In this document: piece after piece, positions 47,068-57,338 of the stretch
Layout: each line of letters begins with the position of its first letter
Numbering within the stretch: position 1 is the stretch's first letter
Source: an uncultured Sediminibacterium sp.
Lineage (GTDB): Bacteria; Bacteroidota; Bacteroidia; Chitinophagales; Chitinophagaceae
NCBI GenBank assembly: GCA_964612195.1
Contig: CAZTDV010000011.1
Coordinates: 4,950-68,949 of the forward strand
Length of the DNA: 64,000 nt
Reading direction: 5' to 3'
Made by a program: the position numbers and the translations under genes
The notes under the pieces: model-generated
Database searches by the model: none
Told to the model about the DNA's origin: nothing
The model's input: only the letters and a program-made list of their open reading frames with translations

Positions 47068-49098
47068 ATGGCAACTGTTTTTAAAGCAAAATGTTGGTGG
47101 CAATTTACTTTAACCCGAATTACCCTTTCACTTATCATTGGTATTCTCTTGGGTAAATACGTACTCATTCCTCAATGGCTGCTATTATTGGGTTTGAGCG
47201 GATCAGTTGCAGTATGGATACTAGTAGATCAGCTATCAATTTTAGCCTATTACAAAAAAAGATGGATCAGCGGATTGTCTATTCTGGTGGTCTTTATTGG
47301 TGTAGGAATAAGTGTATATCAACTTGCTACCAAAACAACTATTCAAATTAAGGCAAGAGTAATACTACAGGAAACCCCCATCAAAAAACCCAATAGCTTT
47401 CAAGCTACTGCAACAATGGGAGAAACATTATTACTGATTTACTTTCACCCTTCTACCAATATTCATTTGATTAATGCTGGCACCATTATTCAGTTGCATA
47501 AAAAACCAGTACCTATAGCCAACACTAGTAATCCTGGCGGATTTAATTTCAAAGAATATGCTGCAAGTCAAAAAATATACCACCAGATTTATTTAACTAG
47601 TAAAGATTTTAGCATAGTTGGTAAAACCAATCTATCTTTTTCAATTTCACTATTAAGTAAGGCCCAACAATATGTACTAAGCATATTAGAAAAGTATATT
47701 CATATTCCCAGAGAAAGAAGTGTTGCGGAAGCATTATTAATTGGTTATAAAAAAAATCTAGATAAAGAATTAATGAATGCCTATAGCAATACTGGTGTGA
47801 TACATATTATTGCTATTAGTGGTTTACACCTCGGGATGATTTATGCACTGTTGCATTGGTTATTTAAACCTATGAATCGCTTAAAAAAAATGCATTGGTT
47901 AAAAAGTAGCATCATTTTATTAATCATCTGGGGCTTTACATTACTTACAGGCGCAGGGGCTTCGGTATTAAGGGCTGCAGTTATGTTTAGTTTTTTACTT
48001 TTGGGGGAGCATCAAAACAGACCCAATCATATCATTAATACCCTTGCTGCATCTGCGTTCTGCCTGCTATTGTATCGTCCATTGTTTTTATGGGATATAG
48101 GATTTCAATTGTCTTATGCTGCAGTAATTGGGATAGTGCTTTTTTCAAAACCAGTTGAAAAGTGGGTATATGTACAAAATAAAATATTACGACATTGTTG
48201 GCAATTATGTAGTGTAACTTTTGCCGCTCAACTTCTAACAGTTCCGTTGCTACTCTACTATTTCAATAGCTTTCCTAATTTATTTTTATTTACCAATTTT
48301 ATAGCAGTCCCTATATCTGGGCTTATACTTTACTTGTTGATTAGTTTATTGGTAATTGCGCCATTTAGCTTTATTGCAAATCCAATTGGTATACTCACTG
48401 AAAGGTTGATTTTACACATGAATGGCTTTATCCAAAATAGCGCCAGTCTTCCTTTTGCGTTAAACGAATATATACAAGTGTCGTTGGCACAAACCATCTG
48501 CTTATATATATTTATCATTGCTTGGGCAGTTTGGATAGTACAAAAAAATAGAGAGGCGTTTTGGTTGGGCTGCGGTGGTATTCTATTTTTTATTGCTATT
48601 CGTTCCATTGATTTGATTCAGCTACAAAAGCAGCAAAAATTAATAGTGTACCATGCGCCAAAATATACGGCCATAGATATTCTAGAGGGATTAAGGCATC
48701 GATATTTAGGAGACCGCCAATTAGAACAGCAAGTATTATTAAAAAATAATTATCTCTCCCCAACCCGAACACATTACAGAGCACAAAAAGTATTACACTT
48801 CACTAACACCAAATTACATAAGCCATTTATTATTGGCCCCAACCGCACTGTTTTATTGATTCATCCTAAACTACTATTGCCTAATTTAAATAAAGTGCCA
48901 AAAATTAATTTGTTATTGGTTACTGGGGGAGCAAATATTCCTTTTTCAGAAATAGCAACGCGATTCCCCAGAACCATATTGGTTTTTGATAGCAGTAACC
49001 CTTTGTGGAAAATACAACTATGGAAAAAAGAAGCAGACCACTTACATTTGCGCCATCATTCCGTTCCCGAGCAGGGTGCGTTTGAGTACAATCTCTAA
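47068..49098 (+). CDS. comEC: ComEC/Rec2 competence protein
   Basis: NPGGFNFKEY, HIIAISGLH, ASVLRAAVM, DIGFQLSY. Confidence 0.92.
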   Translation: MATVFKAKCWWQFTLTRITLSLIIGILLGKYVLIPQWLLLLGLSGSVAVWILVDQLSILAYYKKRWISGLSILVVFIGVGISVYQLATKTTIQIKARVILQETPIKKPNSFQATATMGETLLLIYFHPSTNIHLINAGTIIQLHKKPVPIANTSNPGGFNFKEYAASQKIYHQIYLTSKDFSIVGKTNLSFSISLLSKAQQYVLSILEKYIHIPRERSVAEALLIGYKKNLDKELMNAYSNTGVIHIIAISGLHLGMIYALLHWLFKPMNRLKKMHWLKSSIILLIIWGFTLLTGAGASVLRAAVMFSFLLLGEHQNRPNHIINTLAASAFCLLLYRPLFLWDIGFQLSYAAVIGIVLFSKPVEKWVYVQNKILRHCWQLCSVTFAAQLLTVPLLLYYFNSFPNLFLFTNFIAVPISGLILYLLISLLVIAPFSFIANPIGILTERLILHMNGFIQNSASLPFALNEYIQVSLAQTICLYIFIIAWAVWIVQKNREAFWLGCGGILFFIAIRSIDLIQLQKQQKLIVYHAPKYTAIDILEGLRHRYLGDRQLEQQVLLKNNYLSPTRTHYRAQKVLHFTNTKLHKPFIIGPNRTVLLIHPKLLLPNLNKVPKINLLLVTGGANIPFSEIATRFPRTILVFDSSNPLWKIQLWKKEADHLHLRHHSVPEQGAFEYNL

Positions 49099-49140
49099 CT
49101 TTTGCCCCATTTAACTGCCTACAGGCTGAAAGCAAAACTT

Positions 49141-50634
49141 ATGCAAAAAAAAATTAATTCTGCGCTGATTTCTGTTTTTTACAAAGATGGTTTAGAACCA
49201 ATAGCCCGTCAATTACAATCATTAGGCATCACTATTTATTCTACTGGTGGTACCCAAACTTTTCTAGAAAATTTGGGAATCAATTGTGTTCCTGTAGAAA
49301 GTTTAACTTCTTACCCTTCTATTTTAGGAGGCCGAGTTAAAACTTTACATCCAGTTGTATTTGGCGGTATCTTAGGTAGAAGATATGAAGCGCAAGATTT
49401 ACAAGAGATGCAAGAATACAAGATACCAGAAATTGATTTGGTAATTGTAGACTTATATCCATTTGAAGAAACCCTTAAAAGCACCAACGAAGAGAAATTA
49501 ATTATAGAAAAAATTGATATTGGCGGACCATCCATGATTCGCGCAGCTGCAAAAAACTTTAAAGATGTTACCGTTATTGCTGCAAAAGATAGTTATGCTG
49601 AATTAGAAGCTTTACTGATTAGTCAAAAAGGGGAAACAACCATAGAACAAAGAAAAGCATTTGCCGCAAAAGCTTTTGAAGTAGTAATGCATTATGATAT
49701 TGCCATTAGCAATTATTTTAATCCAGGTGCAGAGCAGGTGTTACGTTATGGAGAAAACCCTCACCAAAAAGCCAGCTTTAAAGGCGATTTATCTAAAGTA
49801 TTTACACAATTAAATGGCAAGGAACTTTCTTATAATAATTTAGTAGACGTAGATGCTGCTATACAATTAATTGCAGATTTTAGCAACTATAATGAAGCTG
49901 TATTTGCCATTATTAAACATACCAATGTTTGTGGAGTTGCTGCTAGAGCAACGGTTAAACAGGCATGGGATGCAGCATTAGCAGGCGACCCGGAAAGTGC
50001 TTTCGGCGGTGTATTGGTTTGTAATAATACCATTGATGCGGCAACTGCAGAAGCCATTAATGAAATATTTTTTGAAGTATTGGTTGCACCTGCATTTGAT
50101 GAAGATGCTTTAACTGTTTTAAAAAGTAAAAAGAATAGAATTTTATTACAGCTGAATCAAAAGGATTTTAAAACTGCCACCATGCAGAAATCTATTTTGA
50201 ATGGAACACTTATTCAAGACACCGATCAGGGAAACTTTGAAAAATGGGATGAAGTGGGTGGAAGAACTTGTACCCCATCAGAAAAAGATAACCTAGTATT
50301 TGCCAATATTATTTGCAAGCATTTAAAAAGCAATGCGATTGCATTGGTTAAAGATTTGCAATTGGTAGGTAAAGGATGTGGCCAAACAAGTAGAATTGAT
50401 TCATTGCGTCAGTCTATTGATAAAGCCAAACAATTCAATTTCGATTTAAAAGGTGCGGTTTTGGCATCTGATGCATTCTTTCCATTTAATGATTGTGTTC
50501 AAATTGCCCACGCAGCCGGAATGGAAGCATTTATTCAACCAGGTGGATCTGTTAGAGACAAAGACAGTGTAGAATATTGCGTTACTAATCAACTAGCCAT
50601 GGTTATGACTGGCACTAGACACTTTAAACACTAA
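49141..50634 (+). CDS. purH: AICAR formyltransferase/IMP cyclohydrolase
   Basis: ALISV..K.G, GGRVKTLHP, LRYGENPHQ, ASDAFFPF, RHFKH; start at ATG 49141. Confidence 0.97.
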   Translation: MQKKINSALISVFYKDGLEPIARQLQSLGITIYSTGGTQTFLENLGINCVPVESLTSYPSILGGRVKTLHPVVFGGILGRRYEAQDLQEMQEYKIPEIDLVIVDLYPFEETLKSTNEEKLIIEKIDIGGPSMIRAAAKNFKDVTVIAAKDSYAELEALLISQKGETTIEQRKAFAAKAFEVVMHYDIAISNYFNPGAEQVLRYGENPHQKASFKGDLSKVFTQLNGKELSYNNLVDVDAAIQLIADFSNYNEAVFAIIKHTNVCGVAARATVKQAWDAALAGDPESAFGGVLVCNNTIDAATAEAINEIFFEVLVAPAFDEDALTVLKSKKNRILLQLNQKDFKTATMQKSILNGTLIQDTDQGNFEKWDEVGGRTCTPSEKDNLVFANIICKHLKSNAIALVKDLQLVGKGCGQTSRIDSLRQSIDKAKQFNFDLKGAVLASDAFFPFNDCVQIAHAAGMEAFIQPGGSVRDKDSVEYCVTNQLAMVMTGTRHFKH

Positions 50635-50639
50635 TTCTA

Positions 50640-51560
50640 TTGACAACCAAACAAAAAGCCTATTTAGCACTTTCTGTTACCAGTATTGTATGGGGTACCA
50701 GTTGGGTTGCCAGTAGGTATGCTGTACAAAATGCGCCTGCATTACAAGTGTCTGCAACCAGACAACTGATTGCAGGTACATTATTCGCTGGTTTCTTTTT
50801 ATTGAAAGGTGAAAAACTCCCTAGCCTTAAACAAACGGTTTGGCTAGCGGGTATGTCTGTACTCTTATTTGTATTTGCGAATGGTTTAGCAACAGTAGGC
50901 GTTAAATATATTTCCAGTGGATTGGCTGCACTTATTGCAGCGCTTTACCCATTAAGTGTAGTAATTATAGAAAAAATATTTTTCAAAAATACCCGCATCG
51001 GCTTATTTACTTTTATAGGAATTCTCTTGGGCATTAGTGGTATTGCCATTGTATTTTACGACAATGCATTTCACAATCAAAGCCCTAACTATTGGATAGG
51101 CATTTTGGTATCTGTTATTGCCATGCTCAGTTGGAGTGTGGGCACCATCATTATTGCAAGAAAGCAAATAAATATCAACCCTTACTATGCCATTGGCTGG
51201 GAAATGATTTTTGCTTCCTTAATATTATTTATGACTGCCGGAGTTACCAATAACTTGATTCCATTTTCACAATTTCCTGCACAAACCTGGTATGCAATTG
51301 CTTATTTGGTAGTGATGGGATCTTTAATTGCTGTAGTTGCTTTTTTGTATACCATGAAGCACCTTGAGGCTTCGGTTGCTGCTCTATATGCCTATGTAAA
51401 CCCAATTGTTGCAATTGTAATTGGCTCCTATTTAGTGCACGAGCCATTAACTAAAGAAATTATTATTGGATCAATCATTACCATTATTGGGGTATATATG
51501 GTTAACCAAAGCTTGAAAAAGCAAAAAGCATTACAAGCTGGTTTAGAGAAAAAAAACTAA
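50640..51560 (+). CDS. EamA/DMT family transporter
   Basis: IVWGTSW, 10 TM, YAYVNPIVA. Confidence 0.9.
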   Translation: MTTKQKAYLALSVTSIVWGTSWVASRYAVQNAPALQVSATRQLIAGTLFAGFFLLKGEKLPSLKQTVWLAGMSVLLFVFANGLATVGVKYISSGLAALIAALYPLSVVIIEKIFFKNTRIGLFTFIGILLGISGIAIVFYDNAFHNQSPNYWIGILVSVIAMLSWSVGTIIIARKQININPYYAIGWEMIFASLILFMTAGVTNNLIPFSQFPAQTWYAIAYLVVMGSLIAVVAFLYTMKHLEASVAALYAYVNPIVAIVIGSYLVHEPLTKEIIIGSIITIIGVYMVNQSLKKQKALQAGLEKKN

Positions 51561-51599
51561 CTGTTTTCTCTCCCATTTATCAGGCAGCATAATTACGTT

Positions 51600-52901
51600 T
51601 TATTTTGTACAGTACCTTAATAAAAAATCGGCATACATATTTCTCCAGTCAATAAATCCTGGCTGATTAGTCAAAAGATTATTATGAAAAATGGGAATAA
51701 AAACACCACCGAATTTTTGGTATAATTTATAGAAATCCTCCAATGCTTTTGCAGCTTCTGCTATTGTTTTCTTTTCATTAAAAATAACAGTGGCATCCAT
51801 AAAACAAAATGGATAAATCACTAATTGAGTAGACTGATTGGCAGCTAAATCAAACCAGTTAAATGGTTTTGTAAATGATGCCCTAAACCCATTTAATTGC
51901 GGATAGCCCATTGAGTAGTCGGCTTCAACACCTGAATTTACAAGGGCTCTGTAGGTTTCAGGGAATTTTAAATGAATATAATGTTGTCTTGAATGTTTAA
52001 CAGGTTGTTGTATGATAAGTTCAACTATTTTTTTTTCTTTCTGCAAAGTTTGTTCAATATTATTTTGAACTACAGATGGATGTAAACCTACAGTATACTT
52101 TTTTGAATGCTCCATCATCAAGGCTTGCATAGCTGCTATTTCAGGTGAAATATTTTTATGCAGTGAATCTCTTTTTGAAGCAATCAAGAAAAAATACAAA
52201 GGCTTCAGGTGCAAACTTTCGTGCAGTAAATTAAGCCAATCGTAAATATCATAAGGATCTTTTTGAACACCCGCCAAAACCTGTAAGCGTTCTACTACCT
52301 GATTAAAATTCAAATTAATTAGGTGCTTAAAATAACCTAAAATATTCCTGATACTGTTGTGGTGCAGATAGCTGTATGCAATATCAATATCATAACTAGG
52401 CTTAAATATGAATTGATTACTTATTTGCATGTTCAATTCTTTTGTCAATTCATCTAACCAATAATTAACCAAAGGAAATTGTACAAAACCATTTTGATAA
52501 GCCAATGATTGTTCGGGTAAATACCTTCCAAATCTATCTTTTTGATTCGGTAGCCATTCTTCGTATCGTGTAATTAAATAAAATGCTGCAGCAAATAAGT
52601 CGAATGGAATACTTCCTTCAGTTTTAAAAAAAGCAGGATGGTTTTTCCATTTGATAATATGGATACTTTGATCGGATACATTAGTTTGTTCCAATAAACC
52701 ATGCGGATTAATATGGCAGGATTCTTCTACTATTTTAGCAGAAGAATAGCTTAAACGAGGTCCATCATAGTTTTTAAAATGATCAATTTGATTAGTAAGA
52801 CTTGCCTGTTCTTGAAATAAGGTAGCTATAATATATTCTAAACGTGGTGTTAGCTTGTCTGCATAAATTAAAAGGATATTTGATGCTGATATACCCATCA
52901 T
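51600..52901 (-). CDS. Polysaccharide deacetylase-like protein
   Basis: DLFAAAFYLITRYEE, SYDID, GLHPS, RQHY, IFHN. Confidence 0.75.
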   Translation of the reverse strand: MMGISASNILLIYADKLTPRLEYIIATLFQEQASLTNQIDHFKNYDGPRLSYSSAKIVEESCHINPHGLLEQTNVSDQSIHIIKWKNHPAFFKTEGSIPFDLFAAAFYLITRYEEWLPNQKDRFGRYLPEQSLAYQNGFVQFPLVNYWLDELTKELNMQISNQFIFKPSYDIDIAYSYLHHNSIRNILGYFKHLINLNFNQVVERLQVLAGVQKDPYDIYDWLNLLHESLHLKPLYFFLIASKRDSLHKNISPEIAAMQALMMEHSKKYTVGLHPSVVQNNIEQTLQKEKKIVELIIQQPVKHSRQHYIHLKFPETYRALVNSGVEADYSMGYPQLNGFRASFTKPFNWFDLAANQSTQLVIYPFCFMDATVIFNEKKTIAEAAKALEDFYKLYQKFGGVFIPIFHNNLLTNQPGFIDWRNMYADFLLRYCTK

Positions 52902-54274
52902 GAATTATTAGCCTCTTTCCATAATTCATTAAATGTTTTGGCACTAAAATCTAATGCTGATCTATGTGCAGTCCAACCCTGAAATACCTTATTCACTACC
53001 CAGTTTTTCATTTTCCCATTTCCTGCATTCATTAAGACCCTATTCAAACTAGCAGTTTTCCAAACCTTCCAAGCTATTCGTTCAGCTAAACTACTATTCC
53101 CTTGTACTACTGCTTCATGCCTATTATCTAATAATAATTCATGCAAATTGATTCTTACTGGGCAAACTTCTGTGCAGTTGCCACAAAGTGATGAAGCATA
53201 GCTTAAATGCTTATACTCATCCAATCCTTTTAAATAAGGCGTAATTACTTTTCCTATTGGTCCACTATAAGTAGTATCATATGCATGGCCTCCAATATTT
53301 TTATATACCGGGCAAGCATTTAAACAAGCTCCGCATCTTATGCAATACAATGCTTCTCTAGCAGTTTTGTTGGCCAACAAATTGGTTCTGCCATTGTCTA
53401 ATAAAATCACAATCATTTCTTCAGGTCCATCAGTTTCATTGGCTTGCTTAGGACCTGAAATAATGGTATTGTATACTGTTACCCTTTGGCCTGTACCATA
53501 TGTAGATAACAAAGGCCAGAATAATGCTAAATCGTGTACAGAAGGAATTACTTTTTCAATACCCACAATCACAATATGGGTTTTAGGCCAAGCACAACTC
53601 AACCTTCCATTTCCTTCATTTTCTGTTATGGCTATTGCACCTATATCAGGTAAAATAAAGTTTGCCCCTGTAACGCCAATTTCGGCTTGAACATATTTTT
53701 CTCTGAGTTTTTGTCTGGCAACCAAGGTTAACTCTTCAGGACTTAACCCACCTGGAACACCTAATTTGTCAGCAAATAAACGCGCAACATCTTCTTTGCT
53801 TTTATGCATAGCTGGAGTTACAATATGGTAAGGCGCTTCTCCGTCTAACTGCTGTATATATTCTCCTAAATCTGTTTCTACACTTTCTATTCCATTTTGT
53901 TCTAAATAACTATTAAGGTGAATTTCTTCGGTTACCATGCTCTTGCTCTTCACAAGAGTTTTGCATTGCCTTTCTTTACAAATTGCCCCTATTTGAGACA
54001 ATGCTTTTTCTGCAGTTTCTGCCCATAATACTTTGGCACCCCTTGCAGTAATTTTTTCTTCAAATTCTAATAAATATTGGTCTAGATGCTCAATAGCTTC
54101 CCACTTTTTATTCTTTGCTATTTCCCTTGCCTGCATCAGATTGGTAAACTGCTTCTTTCCTATTGGAACTACAGCATTGTATTTTCCAATATTGAAGTTT
54201 ATTTTTCTTCTATGCTCTAAGTCAGCCGCTTTGATGGTGCTTTTAGCTATAAAAGTTGCAGCAGTATTACTCAT
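52898..54274 (-). CDS. LutB/LldF lactate utilization Fe-S protein
   Basis: KSKSMVTEE, ETDLGEYI, CIRCGACLNACPVY, CGNCTEVCPV. Confidence 0.92.
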   Translation of the reverse strand: MSNTAATFIAKSTIKAADLEHRRKINFNIGKYNAVVPIGKKQFTNLMQAREIAKNKKWEAIEHLDQYLLEFEEKITARGAKVLWAETAEKALSQIGAICKERQCKTLVKSKSMVTEEIHLNSYLEQNGIESVETDLGEYIQQLDGEAPYHIVTPAMHKSKEDVARLFADKLGVPGGLSPEELTLVARQKLREKYVQAEIGVTGANFILPDIGAIAITENEGNGRLSCAWPKTHIVIVGIEKVIPSVHDLALFWPLLSTYGTGQRVTVYNTIISGPKQANETDGPEEMIVILLDNGRTNLLANKTAREALYCIRCGACLNACPVYKNIGGHAYDTTYSGPIGKVITPYLKGLDEYKHLSYASSLCGNCTEVCPVRINLHELLLDNRHEAVVQGNSSLAERIAWKVWKTASLNRVLMNAGNGKMKNWVVNKVFQGWTAHRSALDFSAKTFNELWKEANNS

Positions 54275-54860
54275 TGTTGTTCTTTTTCATTTCTGCTGCG
54301 GTAGCAGCCAATGTTTCATAAAACTCTTCCCCGTATTTTCTAATTAATGCATCTTTTAAAAATACATAAACAGGTACCTTTAGTTTATTCCCCAACTTGC
54401 ATCCTGGCTTGCATAAATCTTCTCTAGGATGGTAGTTTACATACTCTACATCTGGGTCTCTTTTACTTTTTCTAATAAGGATTGGAAATAAATGACAGCT
54501 GAGTGGTTTTTTCCAATCAAGTTTCCCATCATTATATGCATGCTCTATTCCACATATAATGGTACCAGTTGCGTCTTTTTTTCCATAAGCACATATGCCC
54601 CCATTTATTGTGGGTGTTACCCATCCAAACTCTTGATCGTAAGTATACTTACCCACCCTTTCAACTTCCGCTTTACCTTCTTCGGTCATATAGGGTAGAA
54701 TTTCATTAAAGTATTGATCTAATTTTTCCAATTCCCATTTTTCCATTGGAGCACCCGCATCCCCATCTTCACAGCATCCTCCTTTGCATTTAGTAAGATC
54801 ACAAACAAAATGTTCTTCTACTACTTCATCGCTTATTAGTATTTGGTCTATTGCTATCAT
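54267..54860 (-). CDS. DUF3109-like Cys-rich protein
   Basis: FVCDLTKCKGGCC.DGDAGAP, KPLSCHLFP. Confidence 0.85.
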   Translation of the reverse strand: MIAIDQILISDEVVEEHFVCDLTKCKGGCCEDGDAGAPMEKWELEKLDQYFNEILPYMTEEGKAEVERVGKYTYDQEFGWVTPTINGGICAYGKKDATGTIICGIEHAYNDGKLDWKKPLSCHLFPILIRKSKRDPDVEYVNYHPREDLCKPGCKLGNKLKVPVYVFLKDALIRKYGEEFYETLAATAAEMKKNNNE

Positions 54861-54896
54861 GAATTCAACTTATTGGTTAAAGATACCCTGTTTAAT

Positions 54897-55496
54897 TTAT
54901 GGCTGCTTACGCCAAGTAAAACTATTAATTAAGTGTTTAACGTCTTCCATTAAAAACTGGTTTACAATATTCAACGAATCTTCATTAGGTGTTGCATCAA
55001 AATACAAAGCCCCTCTTAAGAAATGTCTGCTTGAATCTGTAAGGAAAAATTGATTAGCGGTGGCCACATCTCCTCCTACTTTAAAAAAAACACCTTCTAC
55101 ATTGTATGGATTTACTAATAATGAATCGTCTATAGAATATGCTTTAGAAGTATGTTTTCCTGTTAAGGTAAATGCATCTCGTATTAATGAATCAAAGCTA
55201 TTTTGAATACCAATTTGTTTATAACTAATATAAATTCTGCCACTAAATTGAGGGAAATCAATATTAATCCACCAGGGGTTTTCGGTGGTTTCACCAAAAA
55301 ATGTACTGTCTTTGGTTACACGAGCATATTCAGGATATTCAAAACTATATGGGTATCCTGGTTCTTGAAAAAGCCTGTATTTTTTTTGTGGGAATTCTAT
55401 CTTAAAATAACCAGTTGGCTTGGGTGTAAATGAACTATTGCAAGCATAAAAAAAGAGGATTGCAATAAAAAAAAAACAAGCGACTACTTTACTCAT
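54897..55496 (-). CDS. gldD: Gliding motility lipoprotein GldD
   Basis: Lipoprotein, PKPTGYFKI, QFFLTDS..HFLRGALYF. Confidence 0.92.
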   Translation of the reverse strand: MSKVVACFFFIAILFFYACNSSFTPKPTGYFKIEFPQKKYRLFQEPGYPYSFEYPEYARVTKDSTFFGETTENPWWINIDFPQFSGRIYISYKQIGIQNSFDSLIRDAFTLTGKHTSKAYSIDDSLLVNPYNVEGVFFKVGGDVATANQFFLTDSSRHFLRGALYFDATPNEDSLNIVNQFLMEDVKHLINSFTWRKQP

Positions 55497-56838
55497 CAGT
55501 TCCTTCTTTAATGGTCAACTTAACTTTTAAAATTCTATTCTTAGCAACTTCAAGAACAGTGAAATCAAATTCATCGGAAGCTATTATTTGATTCAGTTGT
55601 GGAATTTCACCAGCAATTTCTAATACCAATCCGGCTAAAGAATCACTCTCCCCTCTTTGTGTATCAAAAGTATTGAGGTCTATATTCATGATTTTACATA
55701 CATCATTAATCATCATTTTGCCCTCAAAAATATAGTTATGATCATCTAATTTTTTATAACCAGCATCTTCCTCATCAAACTCATCTTTGATTTCACCAAT
55801 CACTTCCTCCAAAATATCTTCTAATGTTATTATACCACTTGTACCGCCAAACTCATCTACAACAATGGCAAAATGTATTCGCTTCATTTGAAACTCTTGA
55901 AGCAAATCTTCAATCATTTTTTGTTCGTGAACAAAAAAAGGTGGTCTTAACAAACTCTTCCAATTAAAATTAGCCGGCTCATCTAAATAGGGCAACAAGT
56001 CTTTTGTATGAATCATCCCAGTTATATGGTCTAACCCTTCTTTATAAACAGGTAAACGACTATAATTCAAGTCTCTTACAATATCTAGTAATTCCGCAAA
56101 AGTGATTTCTTCTTCTACACCGTGCACATCTACCCTTGTTTTCATTACCTGCTTAACAGAGATATTACCAAACTTTACGATTCCTTTAAGTATATTTTTT
56201 TCGTTTTCGGAAGCAGTATTATCAGTAGTAATATCAATGGCATGATCTAATTCTTCTAAACTATAAGCATTGCCATTTTTATTATTCAATACCCTTTCTA
56301 ATTTATCTGAATATTTAACTAACTTTTTCCCAAAGCCTGTACATAAATATGTCATGGCTTGCACAATGCCTCCGAAATCTTTTGCAAAGCGAATATTATT
56401 TTGGGTTGCCAATACTTTTGGCATTACTTCTCCAAATAAAACCAACATGAATGATACCGCTACCACTTTAATAATAAACTCTACCCAAGCGGCTCCGTAT
56501 TGTTCAAAGTTGAATAAGTTGTCTATGAGTAAATTTGAAACAATAATAATGGTGATGTTAACAAAACTGTTCGCAATTAGCAAAGACGCCAGAAATGTTT
56601 TGGGCTCTTCTAGTAAATCAACAATTCTTTGGTAAGGAGGTATTTGTTTAGACCTTAATAAATTGATGTCTTTATGTGTTAAAGAAAAGAATGCAACTTC
56701 AGCACCTGATAACACAAAAGACAAAAAAAACAAGAACAGCAAGACCATTACTAAAATAGTTGTGCCTTGTGCCTGCATTGCTGCCATTATGTGAAAGGAA
56801 GATAGTAATTCGGTTACAGGATAATAATCCAAAGCCAC
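55489..56838 (-). CDS. gldE: GldE, CNNM/CBS/CorC family protein (start uncertain)
   Basis: SGAEVAFFSL, FGEVMPK, CBS pair, VVDEFGGTSG; between ssb and gldD. Confidence 0.88.
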   Translation of the reverse strand: MALDYYPVTELLSSFHIMAAMQAQGTTILVMVLLFLFFLSFVLSGAEVAFFSLTHKDINLLRSKQIPPYQRIVDLLEEPKTFLASLLIANSFVNITIIIVSNLLIDNLFNFEQYGAAWVEFIIKVVAVSFMLVLFGEVMPKVLATQNNIRFAKDFGGIVQAMTYLCTGFGKKLVKYSDKLERVLNNKNGNAYSLEELDHAIDITTDNTASENEKNILKGIVKFGNISVKQVMKTRVDVHGVEEEITFAELLDIVRDLNYSRLPVYKEGLDHITGMIHTKDLLPYLDEPANFNWKSLLRPPFFVHEQKMIEDLLQEFQMKRIHFAIVVDEFGGTSGIITLEDILEEVIGEIKDEFDEEDAGYKKLDDHNYIFEGKMMINDVCKIMNIDLNTFDTQRGESDSLAGLVLEIAGEIPQLNQIIASDEFDFTVLEVAKNRILKVKLTIKEGTDE

Positions 56839-56878
56839 TGAGTTTGGTTAGAAAGCAAAAATATCGTTTCTGCAACAA

Positions 56879-57268
56879 TTAAAAGGGAAGAGATTCATAA
56901 TCTGGTTCACCAGAACCTGGTCCTGCTGTTCCGTCGGCTCTTTTATCTAACATTATCAAGTTATCTGCAACCACTTCGGTAGCAAATTTTTTGTTTCCGT
57001 CTTTGTCTTCCCAACTTCTGGTTCGCAATCTTCCTTCTATGTATATTAAACTTCCTTTATGTAAATATTTTTCAGCCAAATCTGCCAAACCACGCCACAA
57101 AACCACCGTATGCCATTCTGTTTGTGAAACCAACTTTCCTGTTCTGTCTTTGTAGGTTTCGGTGGTGGCCAAAGGAAATTTAGCCACCCCAATATTTCCT
57201 TCTAATTGTTGGATATCTGGATCTTTACCCAGATTACCAATAAGCATCACTTTATTTACTCCGCGCAT
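56879..57268 (-). CDS. ssb: Single-stranded DNA-binding protein
   Basis: VNKVMLIGNLGKDP, TEWH, EGRLRTRSW, C-terminal LPF; start at ATG 57268. Confidence 0.96.
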   Translation of the reverse strand: MRGVNKVMLIGNLGKDPDIQQLEGNIGVAKFPLATTETYKDRTGKLVSQTEWHTVVLWRGLADLAEKYLHKGSLIYIEGRLRTRSWEDKDGNKKFATEVVADNLIMLDKRADGTAGPGSGEPDYESLPF

Positions 57269-57338
57269 AAGAATTTGTTTTAAAAACTGCTTCTTAAAAA
57301 TACCCATTTTTTTATTACCCAACTACCATCTCAACTAT

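Noticed and set aside
47068-49098. ComEC lacking clear metallo-beta-lactamase motifs as a pseudogene
   Set aside because: The ORF is uninterrupted, and a degenerate C-terminal domain is common in Bacteroidota ComEC.
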